This document shows, piece by piece, positions 1-13,859 of a stretch of 64,000 nt of DNA; position 1 is the first letter of the stretch, and each line of letters opens with the position of its first letter. A program made the position numbers and the translations under genes. The stretch comes from Camelus dromedarius. Taxonomy: Eukaryota. Under the pieces are notes generated by a model that was not told the origin of the DNA, made no database searches, and saw only the letters and a program-made list of their open reading frames with translations. The stretch is taken from contig NC_087437.1 of assembly GCF_036321535.1 (NCBI RefSeq), forward strand, positions 56,174,001 to 56,238,000, in the 5' to 3' direction.

Positions 1-434
1 GAATCCCATTAGGAATCTTGTTGCGTTGCAGAGCCGGTATGCTAAGTGGTCAGTCTTTCCCAGCACCCATGGAGGAGAAAAGCCTGGTTTAGCTGTAGGA
101 CGTGCACAAACGTGGCTTGGGGCAGGAATTTAGGAGGGGATTTTACAGGCAGCTCCTGCTCCCAGGAAAGATTTTATTCTTCTCAGCATAAAACAAGAAC
201 CAATTGCACAGAAATTGGAAGTGTTCCAAAACTCTTGCACTCAGACTTCAAGTTCAATAAATAATTGTGACATTTGTCCTGGGAGAGGAATAGATTACAG
301 GGAAGGAGTCTGGATTGAAAATCAAGAAAGACCTATATAACCTTCAGCCAGGACAGTAAATACCGGATGCTGGCATGTTAACGTCCCCCTGTCTGGTCCT
401 TTCTAATAATCACAGATATCCCTTCCCTAAAAGG

Positions 435-615
435 AAATTCATCCACGTTGCTCTCTACAGCTGTAATGTGTTCATGTTCACTGCTGTAAGGTTCTCTATT
501 GTATAACCATACCACAATTTATTTTTCCTTTATTGATGGACACTGGTCTATCATAAACGGTGTCACAATGAATATTCTTATACATGGAGCCTATTGCACA
601 CATGTAATAATTTCT
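435..615 (-). mobile_element. Old L1 (L1ME-like) 3' fragment
   Basis: ttcatccacgttg...tgatggacac...atgaatattcttatacatg resembles the reverse complement of the L1 ORF2 end / 3'UTR. Confidence 0.5.
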
Positions 616-1066
616 TAAATCCCAGTTGTTTTTGTGGAAATAAATGAAGACCAAAATGGTTTTTATTTAAAGACCATTAAATATTTTATTTTCAGGGTTT
701 GAATAGACTTCATTGTTATAAGGGGGGCCCTACCAAACGGGGCCTTATAAACCGACATGTGACCCCCAGGATGTCACCATGGAGAAATCGATAGGTCATG
801 ATTGCAGAAGAGGTCACTGTTACTGAAGGGCATGATCCAGGGGAGGCCGGCCAGGAATGCAGCAGATGTGATCAGGACAAGCCAGGAGTGGTCAGGTCAC
901 AGGGTGAGGGAGACAGGTCCCTTCACTCCCCTTTCTTGTAGCTGTTCAGGTCACACAGGACCCAACCTGACGGCAGGAGGAAACACAGGAAGCAGGAGGT
1001 GAGCCTGATGGCGATATCCATTCCACGCTGCTCTTGCAATGGCTTGGAATGAACCCTGGCACACAG

Positions 1067-1553
1067 CACTCGGAGAAAAGCAAAACCTGTTTACCAAGAA
1101 TGTGCCACAGCAAAGGAGTTAGCCATTGTCACTTGCATTTTTGTTAAGACTCAAAGGAAGGCAGAGGAGTGGGAAAGCTTTACAGTAGAAGAAAGGGAAG
1201 GCTACTGATGGTACCATGATTACAGGCTGTTGATGTGGGGAACCTATAGGGGCACATATTTGACTTTCTCAGCTTGGTCCTAAATTGGAAGTGAAGAGTA
1301 TTAGGGAAGCTGACCGTTAATAATCAAGTCCTGATCATTTGGGGTCAATTATTACACTAGTTACTGGTTAGCTTCCTGGATTATTACTAGAGGTAAAAAT
1401 CTGTCTTCCTAGTCAATTATAGCAGGCTGGCTTCCTGGGCTGTTTCTTTTAGATAAGAAGTTAATTTTCGAGGCAGGTCATTGCAGGTTGTGGGTCAGAG
1501 TTCTGTTTCTACGTATAGTCTGACCATTGTCCATCTGTATATTCAGTCTCTCA
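1067..1553 (-). mobile_element. ERV1-class solo LTR (MER89/MER90-like; family uncertain)
   Basis: Minus strand begins TGAGAGACTGAATATACAGATGGACAATGGTCAGAC...AGAACTCTGACCCACAACC, resembling recalled ERV1 LTR consensus; length ~490 bp. Confidence 0.55.
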
Positions 1554-3949
1554 CTTTGGTGGATATCTGTCAAGTTACTGAGTTTTCTTGAGATTCAGGG
1601 CATAGCTGAATAATGTTCAGCTTCAATAATATGTTGAATAGCTACCTCACTCTTCAGCACGTAAATATTCTCTCTTCTTGACATCTCTTTCAACTTGATA
1701 GATGCTTGACGGTATCTATTAGTGAACTTCAAGCTTGAAGTGTAGATGTTATTAAAAGAGTTCAAACATCAAAGTATTGGAATAGTTGATGCTCTTTCCC
1801 ATTCTGAGCATCCGTGGAAGTGCTCCCAGTTGTCGCATCTTTGTGTTCCTTGCAAGAATAAAGGTCCTCGGGAAGCTAATGTATTTGCCCAAGGCCACAC
1901 AGCTATTAGCCGATGAATTAAAATTTAAATCTAGTTCTGATTCCGAAGTATATACACAATTTTTTCCTTTCCTATATATAAGCGTCTCCCAGTGTTTTAG
2001 ATAGATTTTCCTAACTCCTCAGACCACAGGAATACTTGCAAGGTTATAATGTATTATTGATAGAAACCTAACAGAGAACCATGAACTATAATGAACAATT
2101 TGAATACAGTAGAGAACTGAAAATTATTTCGCAACTGAATTGTCACCAGCAATGATAAAAATTTGTTTTCTAATGAGTTGTTTTTCACTTTATAACAGAT
2201 GAAAGTAGAAAATTCAAATTATTTTATATTTCATATTTTATTCTGAGTACTACTGAATATGAAAATCCATTGTACTAAAGAGAAGAAAATGAATGACACA
2301 GTAGTAAGCTGATAGTTTTAAATTAAGCTATTCCAAACATCATTATGCTTACATCTTGGAAAGATTATCGCTTTTTTAAAGCAAAGGCTGTGATTGTTTA
2401 ATTTACTTTGAGGAAATCTGACTTTTTGCTTATTTAATTCAGTCATAGTTTGAGAACCTCAAGATTTTGTTTTGTTTGTTTTCTCTCCTTAGCCACAGAA
2501 TCTGTTTTTGTATAACTTGTTCAAGAGAAACATGCAAGATATTGCATTTTTTTAAATAATAAAAGGATACAAAATATGTTCAATATTTCTTAATATAATA
2601 TTAAAATTAAATTATGAAAGGAACATTTTTCTTTCATTATTTTTCATAAAAACTCCTATTAGCATTTCCTCAAGGACCTTTTAGGAAATGATATTATAAT
2701 AAAGCCACAGGGACTAAGCGCTCAGCCTAAGGGACAATTAGAGTGCATTGAAGTTTTCTAACTTTGCCACGCTTTTTACAGCTAAGATTTCTCTCTCCAC
2801 TTGCCTGACCAGTTGTCACAGAGAAGTTGGATCTTTTAAATAGCAATAAACTATAAAGAAAAAGACATTCAATGGTTTTAAATGTTACAACTGGAAACAT
2901 CTGCTTGTTTATACATTCAGCACGCAGTAGTGATGACATGAGCTGATACTCTCATCATGGAGGGTTTTCTCTCCCTCCACTTTGAGAAAATGATTGCGTG
3001 CGTGTCTAATCCACGGAAGTTATGAGGCATGGAACTGTGAGATCTTTACTATAGCTTGGTAAAACTTTCTACCTTGCTACCATCCTTTCAGAAAAGTCTA
3101 GGCTAACTCCTGTCCAGCCCCACAGAATCAGGCTGACTCATTCCAGTCACTTCCCTAAAAAGTCTAGCAAAGTGTGAAGCTCAGAAAGGTCTTTTCTTTT
3201 AAAATGATCCCCTTCTGTAAGCCCTAATCAAGTGAGATTTGTAACTCTTTGCTATTCTTCCATATGTGTTAGTGCAGAGTAGAATCACTCAACTGAGAGG
3301 AATCGATGCCAGATAATAATATACCTTAATTTTATTGGGCTCCATAAATGTTTAAGAAACAATATGAGTCTTATCTCAGCCTATTTGTGGCAGACGGTGT
3401 TGTTGAAATTTTTTAAAAATTTGAATGATGGGACTATGTTAGTGTATTGTTATGCACCAAAGGAGAAAGAATGCACTTTTGCGAGCTTTAAAAGTAAAAT
3501 TGAAACTTCAAGTTCAAGGGAAAAACAATGTACCTGAAATTTTTAGAATTGGGTTTGAGTCCTGACATCCTTCTTATTAAAAGGTGTATGACCCTGTACA
3601 AACCAGGCCACTTATGGGACCAGTTTCTTCTTCTATGTTAATGAGATAACATCTGTTCTGCCTATTTCACAAGATTTTAGGGAGAACTTACAATTCAATT
3701 CAATATATACAACTTTGATGAAGGCGAAGTATGTAACTAACATTTTGCTTGATGCTTTCTATATAATGGTTAAAGTGATGTTTACACAAATACATTGTAA
3801 ATTGTGAATTCTATATAATTGTATAGAAATATTATTATATATAGGATAGTTCCTATACTTGTATATCAAGTAATGTGGCATTTCTCATTTTGAAAGGAGC
3901 AGGTGACATTTGAAAACACATACTTAATATTATGCAGACATAATGTGCC

Positions 3950-6420
3950 TTTGCAAGAAGAGAAAAATACAAATGGGATACATTCCCTATGAAGAAACAA
4001 AGACTCGAGAATAAAATAAAGTTTAACTATACAAGAGACTACCTTAAAGCAAAATGTTATACAAAGGTTAAAATAAAAGGATGATAACAAAAATAAATCA
4101 GCCAAATGCAAACAAGAAGAAGGCTGTGGTATCAATAGCAATAAAAATAAAGATAATTCAAGGCAAAAAGAGTTACATTAAATCAAAATGATCATTTTAT
4201 ACTTAAAAACATTTAATTCACAGTGGCTAGACAGAACTTTTGTGGATGGAATAATCATAAGCAAAAACTTTTAGAAGTACACAAAATGACAATCATATTG
4301 GAAGACTCACAGCCTTTGGCAAATATAATAAGCAAAAGTGAACAACAATAAAAAGAATTTGATTACTTTAAAATACTTGAACAGATGCGTACTGATATTT
4401 GTACTACTGGATAATATACATTATTTTTAAATAATCATGCAACACTTATAAAAATTAATCATAAATAAGACCACTAAAGCAATATAATGCAAAGTCAAAA
4501 TTGGACAGCTATGATATTTATTCACAATATGCTAACATAAGATATCAGTTTCAAAAGTTTAACTAAAAAAAAGTCAATCACTTTAATTTGAAAGAAGAAG
4601 TTACTGACAAATAAATGTATTTCAGGAAAAGAACAAGCAATTGATAAACTTAATGAAAAAGCAGCCAGAAAAGGGATTATCTTCAAAGAAATTAACAGCT
4701 GACTTTTCAATAATCATTAGAGTTTAAATCCAGTGTTTTATAAGAAAACATCTACTAGTGTAGAATTCTCTACCTGTCCTTTAGAAATAAAGATTAAAAT
4801 TAAAATATTTTAACAGAAACAAAATTAGAGAATTGAAAGCCAGCAGACCCATACTAGGGGAAACATGAAAGGACGCTCTTTAGACGGAAATAAAATTATC
4901 TCAAAATGAAGGTTGCAGACACAAGTAGAAAATTACAAATGAATCTGAAAATGATGAGGATCAACAGAAATAAACATCAACCAATTTATTAACAGTAATG
5001 TCTTCCTAAGTTTACTGAACAGATAGGACTGAAATACATTACAACAATGACATCTTGGTCATGAAGGGGATAAATGGAATTAAAGAATTCTTTGGCCCTT
5101 ATATAAGACAAAGATTAAAAATTTGATGAATATTAGAATTAACAAATCAACAACTCATGTTTTAACCTGTAAAATAATATTGTAAACATCTCAAAGAAGA
5201 GTAAGAGAGCATATAACTTTCAAGTTAATATAGTTGGGAAAATAAAGTAAAAAATAATAAATGTAAATGAAATAAAGGAAGGAAAAATAGATATAAAAGA
5301 AGAGGGTAAATTGAAAAATGTAGAGTTAAACAAAATATATCAGTAATTACATTGAATTTAACTTTTGCATTTAAATCTAATTGGAGTCTAAATATTTCAA
5401 CTGAAAGATAAAGACTATCATATGGATAAATTAAAGTTTCATACTGTGTATAAGAAACACATTTCAAACATAAGGATATCAAAAAAATGAAAGTGGAAGA
5501 ATGGAAACAAATGTACTATGCAAATACTAACTGAAAGAAAGCCAGAATAGCTATTGTAAAATCAGACAAGAAGAGTTTCAAAGCCAAAAGCAATTCTAGC
5601 GATGAAAAAGTAACTTCAAAATGATTAAAAATTTAATTTATAAAGAAGACATAATTCTAAGTTTGCAAATAATAATGCAGACTCAAATAATAATAGACTC
5701 AAACTATATAAGATGAAAGTTACTTAACAAAACAATAAAAATTAATCCTTCAATGAATATTTGAAAAATATAAATAAAAACTGATCTAATTGATATACAT
5801 AAAATACTACACCCCAAACTTCAGAATATGTATTTTTTCAATTACTGAAGGAATATTTACAATAATTGACCAATTTTATATCATAAGGTAAATCATAGTC
5901 CATTTCAATGGACTGACATCACAATGTCTTTTAACTAAAATGCAACTAAAATAGAAAATAATGATTTTAAAAAGATAGCTAGAACAAAAAATTGTCACTT
6001 TTTTAAATTAAGAAATGAGCTTTAAAATAGCCCATGGACCAATGAAATAAAAATGAAAGGTAGAACATACATTTAACTGAATGATAACATAAATACTACA
6101 TTTTGAAGCATAGAGAATTCAGGGAAAACTATGCTTAGGGAGAAATTTTTACCTTTAAATTCATGTAGGAGAAAAGAAATGAGGCAGAAAACAAATGACC
6201 CTTAGCTCATCCATCTCAAGAAGCTTTTAAAAAAATAATAGTAAGTTAAATCCAAATAAAATCAAATGAAAGATGGAGAGAATTTAGATATAAATATCAA
6301 ATAAATGAATGCAGTGTGGAGATCCCTCCAAAAGTCAAATGTTGATTGATGGAAGAAACTGGTAAAATTGCTGATCCTTGGTGAGATTATCAAGGGAAGA
6401 GAAAAGAGAGAGGGAAGATA
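3950..6420 (+). mobile_element. Degenerate ancient L1 (L1M) ORF1/ORF2-endonuclease fragments
   Basis: Strongly A-rich plus strand with L1-like motifs (atatcagtaattacattgaat..., aaagccagaatagctattgtaaaatcagacaa, ctgatctaattgatatac). No intact ORF. Confidence 0.7.
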
Positions 6421-9239
6421 GATTTGTTTTACTTTAGTGATTGTAAAGATGGGTGTAGATAGAACGAAGAACAGATTGTTAGCATGGTCAGCATCTCTGC
6501 AAATGTGGATTAGCAAACGTATACACTCTGCAAAGCAGTTGTTTTATAAATGATCCACTTTTTTCCCACAGGAATTTATTATAACGGCTGGATTTTCTCT
6601 ATGAGACTAATAAAACTCTCGGTTGATGATTTAAAAAAAAAAGGTATTTTATCTTCCCTTTGGGTAGTAACACAATTCAGAACATAGCTTCTTTTCCTCT
6701 TTGAATTTCGATAAAAAGAGAAATTTCTTCAACTCTGTATCAAGTGAATTGTACCAAAACACTTGAATTTTTCTCTATGTTTACAGTAGGTAAAAGAATG
6801 TGATTGGAATTATTCGTCTGACATGTGTTATGGCTTGTAATGAGACCAATAAATATACAAACACACTGGCATGAATATGTTTACTTTTGTCCCCAAATAA
6901 TTTAAAGCATAAAAAACAATGATTTCTGAAATCTTTTAAGTCATAACCCAAATATTTATATTTTAAGTAGAGGAATTGGCTAGATCTTCTGATTAGATTG
7001 TGAATGTTGTTATATTTTACATTTAAATATTGTAGAATCTGAAACTGGGCAGCAAAATATATGGAAATACATAAAAATACAGTCATAAACACTGCTATTG
7101 CACCTTAAAGAGTTCTTTATTGACCATCAAATCAGCTGTACATTGTTTATGCTGATATTCTAAACATTCCACAAAACGTCCCCAACCCCTTTCTCACTCT
7201 ACTACTTCTACTTATTAAAAATCCTAAGAAAAATCAGACTATTCCTTGTTCCCCAAAAGTATCTCTGCCATTCCTGGGATGTCTCTGCTCAGGCACTTCA
7301 TGATAAAACCATCTTTCAAGGCTTCTCCATAAAAGCTTGTCTTAATTCCCTAACAAGATGTGATCTTTCAATTCTTTGCAATTTCGTAATACTTTTCTTG
7401 TATTTCTTGTCTAACTGTTGGCTTGTTTTGTTTTTTAACCAGTGGACATCATCATTGGAGAACTTTTCTAATTTTAAATTTCTTAAAAAGCTAGATTACA
7501 TCTTCAAGATATTTATATCTTTCTTATCCTAACTTGAATTGAATTGAATCAAGATGTTTGGAACTAAAGAGATATTAAATGAGAAGTGAGAAAATGGGAG
7601 ATGATGAGGAAGAAAGGCATTGGATAAAATCACGTGGCTGGTTGAGAGGAGGGTGGAGCTTGCCTAGCATGGAGGGGAGAGAGTGAGAACAGTTTGGTTG
7701 TTTTTTGGCTGCTCCCACGCATATCAAATCACATTGGGGAATTGAAAGAACGTGAACTTTGGAGGCAGAAGACTTTAATTTGAACAACATGCCTTCCTGA
7801 AAACTTCGTTTCTATATTTGTAAAAGGGGAGTAGTAATTTCTTCCTTATTAGATTCTGTGTATATGACCTTAATGAAACAATTACATAAAGATGTTCAGT
7901 TATTCATTATAGCAAGCTGGATTTTAATTTCATTCCTAGTACTTGAAGGAGGAATTTATTTGATACGGGGGGAGACATTTTCTAATAAAATTCATACAAA
8001 ATAAGTAGGCATGTTATGAATAAAAATAATAATGAGAAGAGAATCACTAGCATCTGTGAAACTCCTTAGCTGTCGAGCACGGCGGTAACCACTTCACACA
8101 AATATGCCATTCCTCTTCACAATGATTCTATTATTACTCCTGCTGGAGAGGTGAGGAAACGGAGGCCCTGGGAATTCAGTTCACCCAAGTGTTGGAGCCA
8201 GGATTTGCATCCAGATCTCGCAAACTCAGAGTCCATGCTCTTAACCACGGAGCTGCATTACCACACCAAGGGCAAACACTGAGATGAATTTGCTTTTCCT
8301 GGAAAAGCTATGGTGAAAGTACCTCTTGGAAAAATCATTTCTTTCTCTGAAAAACCCGACTTGAAATGAACAGGTAGTAGGAGAGTCAGAGCCTCAATTT
8401 AAAACCACCGTGTCTTCCCCTCCCAAGTATCAGATTATAAATAGTATAGTGAATCTAATCGAACACAATTTGAGACCTTTTTGCTCCTTTCCAATTTGTT
8501 GTCACGAGCTTACAGCAAATTAAGTCTGTAAGGAAAGGAGACCTAGCTAGATCCATAGTAGGATTTCTATGGGACATAACAGAAAATCCTGTATATTTTA
8601 AAATTATGCTGTGGTTCAAAGTATTTGGACTATACAGGGATTTTTGGCCACCAGCATTGTTGAGAAACCGCTAAGGCTGCAGAAAGGGAACTGAGTGTCC
8701 TACAGAGAAATCTGGCAATTAAAGGTGAAGCACATACTGGTCCTCTTTGCTCAGTAGTTGTACAAGCACAGAACAAAAAAGAGTTTCCTCTTTGAAGACT
8801 TTCATCTTAATGCCACTTGTCTGTTGCCGCACCTGCACCTACCCTGATGTAATCCGTCTGGCCCCATGCAGATGGTCCCACCAGTTACCATATTCAGAAA
8901 GAAAGAGTGAAACGACCAGAGGGAATCCACATGAACATCAATCATTAGTGGTCTATGTGGGGAGGAGACAATTCATAGTCAGGGTTTTTGTTTGTTTGTC
9001 TTGGAGGTATATTGCTGATTTTTCCTTCTAAACTGTCCTTCTTTAGTTTCAGTGGTGTGCTTGGATTCTTAGCTTTTACAAAGAACATTCATCAATGAAC
9101 CCATGGTAACAGCTTTGTTATTTTGTGCTACTGGATTTAGTCCTGGTCTTGAGAAGTCGGAGAGCAGTGTTGGACCCTAAAATTCCTCATTTATAGTTGT
9201 GTGATTTTTCTCTCCCTGACAATTTCAGTCTAGGAAGAG

Positions 9240-9650
9240 TCAGTTGACAGTTGAACAGTTGCTGAAGAGGATTGAAATGCAACAGGTAAGACCAGGGTAA
9301 CCCAGAGACACAGCTGGAATTCTCTAACACACCAAGGCTGGAGCGACCAAGGAGGGAGGTGGTAAACTGGTGCCTGGAGTCCAGGGTCTCCTAGCAGAAG
9401 CTGGAACTATGAGGGATGGGAGCTGGATTGCAGAAGAGATGCAGAGAGCGCCAGAGGTGATTCCCAGGGTAGGGAAGTAACTGGCTTCTCCCTTTCTGTA
9501 TCCACCCATCTCTTGCCACTATCTCTCATTAGCAAAACCAGCAAGTCAGCTGACATATAGTCTGGTTATCCTAATCTGCAAGGGTCACCTCCTTACAATG
9601 TCAAGCAGCACATGGGAAGACGGAAAGACGCATCTGAGGGTAATAGGTCC
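9240..9650 (-). mobile_element. ERVL-class LTR remnant (LTR41-like)
   Basis: ctggcttctccctttct...cccatctcttgccactatctctcattagcaaaaccagc resembles the reverse complement of LTR41-type consensus. Confidence 0.4.
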
Positions 9651-11284
9651 AGGGTTGGCAAAGGAAGTGGGAATAGATGACGAAGGGAGGGGCCTGTGTG
9701 GAAGCATTTAAGTAGTTCAGTATCTTAAACCAAAGTAGTGGCAGATAAAATGGAGAGAAACAGATGATTTGAGGTATATTTTGGAGAAAAAAACAGCATG
9801 ACTTAGTGAGAGGTTAGGTTTAAGAATTAAGAGAAAAGAAAGTATTGGAAACAACTTCAACGTTTTTTATTGGTTGGGTTAATTTTGCAGTTTCTGCAGA
9901 ACCATAAGGCTGCCACTCAGAATAATCCCTGTGTGTTTAACCAAACCGTTCCTCCAATTATTAATAAGTAGGAAAGGGTAGTCAGCAGTTGACTAGAAGT
10001 CATACAGCGGAGAAGGAAGGGGATTGGCTGCTGACACGGGTTGCCATGGTTATTGTTGTTGGTTACTGTCATCAGGAGGCAAGGAGAAAACAAAGTTATG
10101 TAACCAAGGAACAGAGGATTTATGAAATAAGACGGCTTCTGGATATCTCTTTAGTCTGAAAAGGAGTATTGTTTTACAGTATTGAGTTACAAAGACCAAC
10201 TCACTAGGGAAATAAGAGAGCTAATATAGCAAGCAGCTACGGTGTGTGTGTGCGCGTGCGTGTGCGTGTGTGTTAATTACTTGAAAAAATACTTTGTGAA
10301 TTTCTACAATTAGCCAGTCCAAATATATGCCTTTAAATTCAACATATCTGAACAAAGGTAGAGATTAAGATGTGGTGTGATTCATGAGCCAAGACAAATG
10401 GCTGCAGGCTTGTCCCATGCAGCTGCCGCTGCATTTAAGGAGAGATGAAGTGGAGAGGACAAGAGACTCAGCTCACTAGACCTGTTCTTCTTAGCTGTTG
10501 CCTGATAAATCATCAGCCAAGAGCCAGAACCTTGCCACCAATGCTTCTGTTACCACTGTTTTATAAAATTTTAACTTTAGTATCAATGTGAGAAAAAGAT
10601 AGCAAAATCAACCTTATTAATAAATACTCCAACTATCTAATGATAAAAGTATCTCTATGGACCAGTAAAGAGACATTATTTAAGTGCTTATCATGGATAT
10701 GGCTTTGTGCTAGTTCCTGAAAGGACTACAGAGAATATAGGGCACACTTCAGCACAGTTATAAGATCCTTTCATTTTTTAATTTTAGGAACAATTAATTA
10801 GCTCTAGCAACACTGAATTCCAAGCAAATTCACCTTCCTGGTACATATTGACATTTCACATACACTAAAACCTCCATCAGATTTGTGGGGAAAAATTGTA
10901 TTTAATGAATCAGAAAAAGTTAATATGTAATTACATAAGTTCCAGGATTTGAGTAGACAATTGTAATGTGAATATTATCAAACTAGAATAGAATGAGAGT
11001 TTGATATGAGCTAAAGAGTTATTAAACAGTTACATTGTATCAGAGAAGCCCCAAAGCATCATCTTCACCTGTATACAATCTCTGAAAACTGACAAGAAAG
11101 CTATTACGAGGTACACTCCCGCACCAGGAGTAAGAAAATAACTAGATATTCTACACAGGGAATCACTGAAAACCAGGGAGGGAACAATCAGGGGACTTGG
11201 CAGAGCCAGGAATCTGAAGAGAAGGTGCAAATAATTTGATAGAAAATGCATGAAGAGTAAGTTGACCCAGCTATTGAGATGGAT

Positions 11285-11460
11285 ACAGCAACTCCACCCT
11301 TCAGTGGTTAACCAAGGAACTAAAATCAGGACCTCAAAAAGATAGCTGAGCTCCCATGTTTATTGTAGCATTATTCACAACATCCAAGATACAGAAATAC
11401 CAAATGTCTACCCTTGGGGGAATGGATAAAGAACTATGGTGTATAAAAAAAAATGGAATA
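11285..11460 (+). mobile_element. L1 ORF2 3' fragment
   Basis: cccatgtttattgtagcattattcacaa...gaatggataaagaa...aatggaata corresponds to the PMFIAALFT...EWIKK region. Confidence 0.75.
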
Positions 11461-11461
11461 T

Positions 11462-12320
11462 CTTGCATTTGGCATCAATATTTTATCCATGCATGATTTT
11501 GTAACATTATGCATTGGATATTTGTAAAATATTAGTTTACAAGTTTATACAGTATTACAAGTGGATGGTATATTTCATTCCACAATATTAACAAATCACC
11601 TTTATTAATATCACCAATCTCATTTTAAAAAATCTTTAAACACTGAAAAGCTGTCAAGTTCATGATGGCAGATACACATTTTCCAAGCTGCAAGTAGATG
11701 TACATTTTCATTCGAAAGTGCAGATTTTACCGCAGGCAACAAATGTTCTCAGTTGTTTTCCTTAAAGTGACAGATATGCAAGATATTCCATTTTTTCTCA
11801 TTTCTTTTATTTTCAAAGAAATGTTTGCATAATACCTGAGACTTATTAACCATAGTTTGTCTTTCAATCAGTCTTTCAAGTAAAAATGGTGTTCCGTGGA
11901 AAAAGCAGCTGGTTCAGTTTGCAACTCAAATAGTCACACAAGCACTTTGCATTGAGACAGCTACCGTACCTCGGTGTGCCAGAGAAGTGCTTGGCCCGCG
12001 CTTCTCATTCTTCACACAGGATATTGACAAAGCATGCAGTCAAGGGTTGAGATTTAATAAAATTAATAATTCTTAGTGGTTCATAAAGGGACATTCTTTG
12101 ATAAATAAACTACACTGATGGGGCAGAGAAGAATACAGTGACAACAAATACATTTTGTGTCAGAGCCTTAATTCACGCTTAGATACCAGAAATTTCACCA
12201 CCCAGTACTTTTGTAACATCAGTGTAAATGACACATAACATCTGAGTAGAACTCCAAAAATAGTTTTGACTTCAGAAAACCCTCCCCAGAAGATTGAGCA
12301 TTAAACTTTGAAAACCACTA
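11462..12320 (-). mobile_element. hAT-Charlie DNA transposon (Charlie1-like) fragment
   Basis: aagctgtcaagttcatgatggcagatacac, aaaatggtgttccgtggaaaaagcagct and terminal actttgaaaaccact match the recalled Charlie1 consensus. Confidence 0.7.
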
Positions 12321-13859
12321 CACTGGGATGATTGTGCTGAAGAACTGGTAAAGACTAATTTTATGATTCCCTTTATCACATTGAGAAGACCCAACCCATT
12401 TTTCCCAAAATCCAATCTCATATCTGACATACCCAGTGTTACCAGGAAGGATAACTGTTTGTATTAATATTGAAGTTATCAAATTGTCTAGATAATTGAA
12501 TAAAAATGTTTCCTGATTATGGTATTATTATTTATTAAGTGGAATGTCTTCAAGTACATGTTTACCTTTTACTAGAAACATATATGTGCAAAGTAATTTA
12601 TAAAAATTTCCTTTGAATGATCAATAATTCAAAGTTTTTTTCCGATTCTGAGAAGCCTTACCTTTTAGTTATTTTTACTTCTAAGTGAGAACTTTCACTG
12701 GAGAAATAGCAAAGAATTCTAGAAAATAAACCTATATCTGATTTTTCCTATGTCCTGTATTAGTGGGTAATGTTACTGAGTGACTACGAGGACCAGGAAG
12801 TATGACTATTTGTTTAATGCTAACAACAATCCAATGATTTAGGTAGTTATTATTCTCAAGTAAAGCTGAGGAAATTGAGTCTTAGAGAGGATTAATGACC
12901 TCATCAAGGTCACAAAATTAAGTAAGAGGAAATGAACTTAATCACGAAGCTATTTAAGTGTCATTGTGAATTCCTGACTGATTAGAGAGTGAGAAAGCTC
13001 ATGTCAACGCAGGTGGCGCCTCATTCTTAGAACTGTGAGTGGCATTACTGTTCATCAGCACTGGCAAGCCTCTCACGTAATCTAGCCCTGGTGTAGGTTC
13101 ACGACAAAAGAGTTTCTCCTGGGAGGTTCTCAGTGTCTCTTTTCTGTGATCTGGGAGCTGAGTCATGATTATAGAAAGACTGACAATGTTGCCCCAAGGC
13201 CTTGAAGTTTGGCAGAGAAAGTAGAACTTAATGTTGAGCTTCAGAAATTATGACAGATTTTTATACTTGGTTAGGATCAAAACTGAAAGAGGACCTGGAA
13301 GCTAGTTCTTTGGGGACTTGACAGTAAAAACTCTCTAGCGATACGTGGAATATGGCCTCTGAAAGATGCTCCAGAGGACGGAGCTTACCTGGGAGAACTT
13401 TCTGACGTATACTGTCTGCAGCCCTGCGTTGCAGTGCGCTTCTTGTCTTTGGAGGTAGAAGGGTTGACCACATGTCCAGGATGCTGGAAAGAGGATTCAG
13501 CTAGGCTAGCTTGTACCATTTGACCTCAAGCATCTCATTCAGTCCTAAGTGGAAGAGAATTTTGAGCAAAGAAGAAACACTGTCTTTGTCTTCACTATTT
13601 TCATTTCTGTAGCTCCCTTCCTGGTGGTCAGTTTATCCCTGGAATTCTACAAAGGTGTACAAAGGATGATATTTAATCTTTTATTCATTCTACACCTTTG
13701 CCACTTCACAAGGGGTAGAGATGTGATGTCACTTCTATCTTACACAGAGGATGTGTGTCGAAAAATCAGAAATAAAGAATTGTTACAGGTTTTTTTTAGG
13801 AATCATTGAAGCACAGTATAAGACAGTGTTAAAGGAAAAGAAGAAAAGTTAATTACTAA

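Noticed and set aside
716..955. Short inverted repeat (ttataagg...ccttataa) and four AGGTCA half-sites
   Set aside because: The stem is short and the half-site spacings are non-canonical; compatible with chance or LTR decay.
13005..13020. CTCF-like caacgcaggtggcgcc near an AP-1 site (13159-13165)
   Set aside because: The 5' half mismatches the consensus at three positions; insufficient support.
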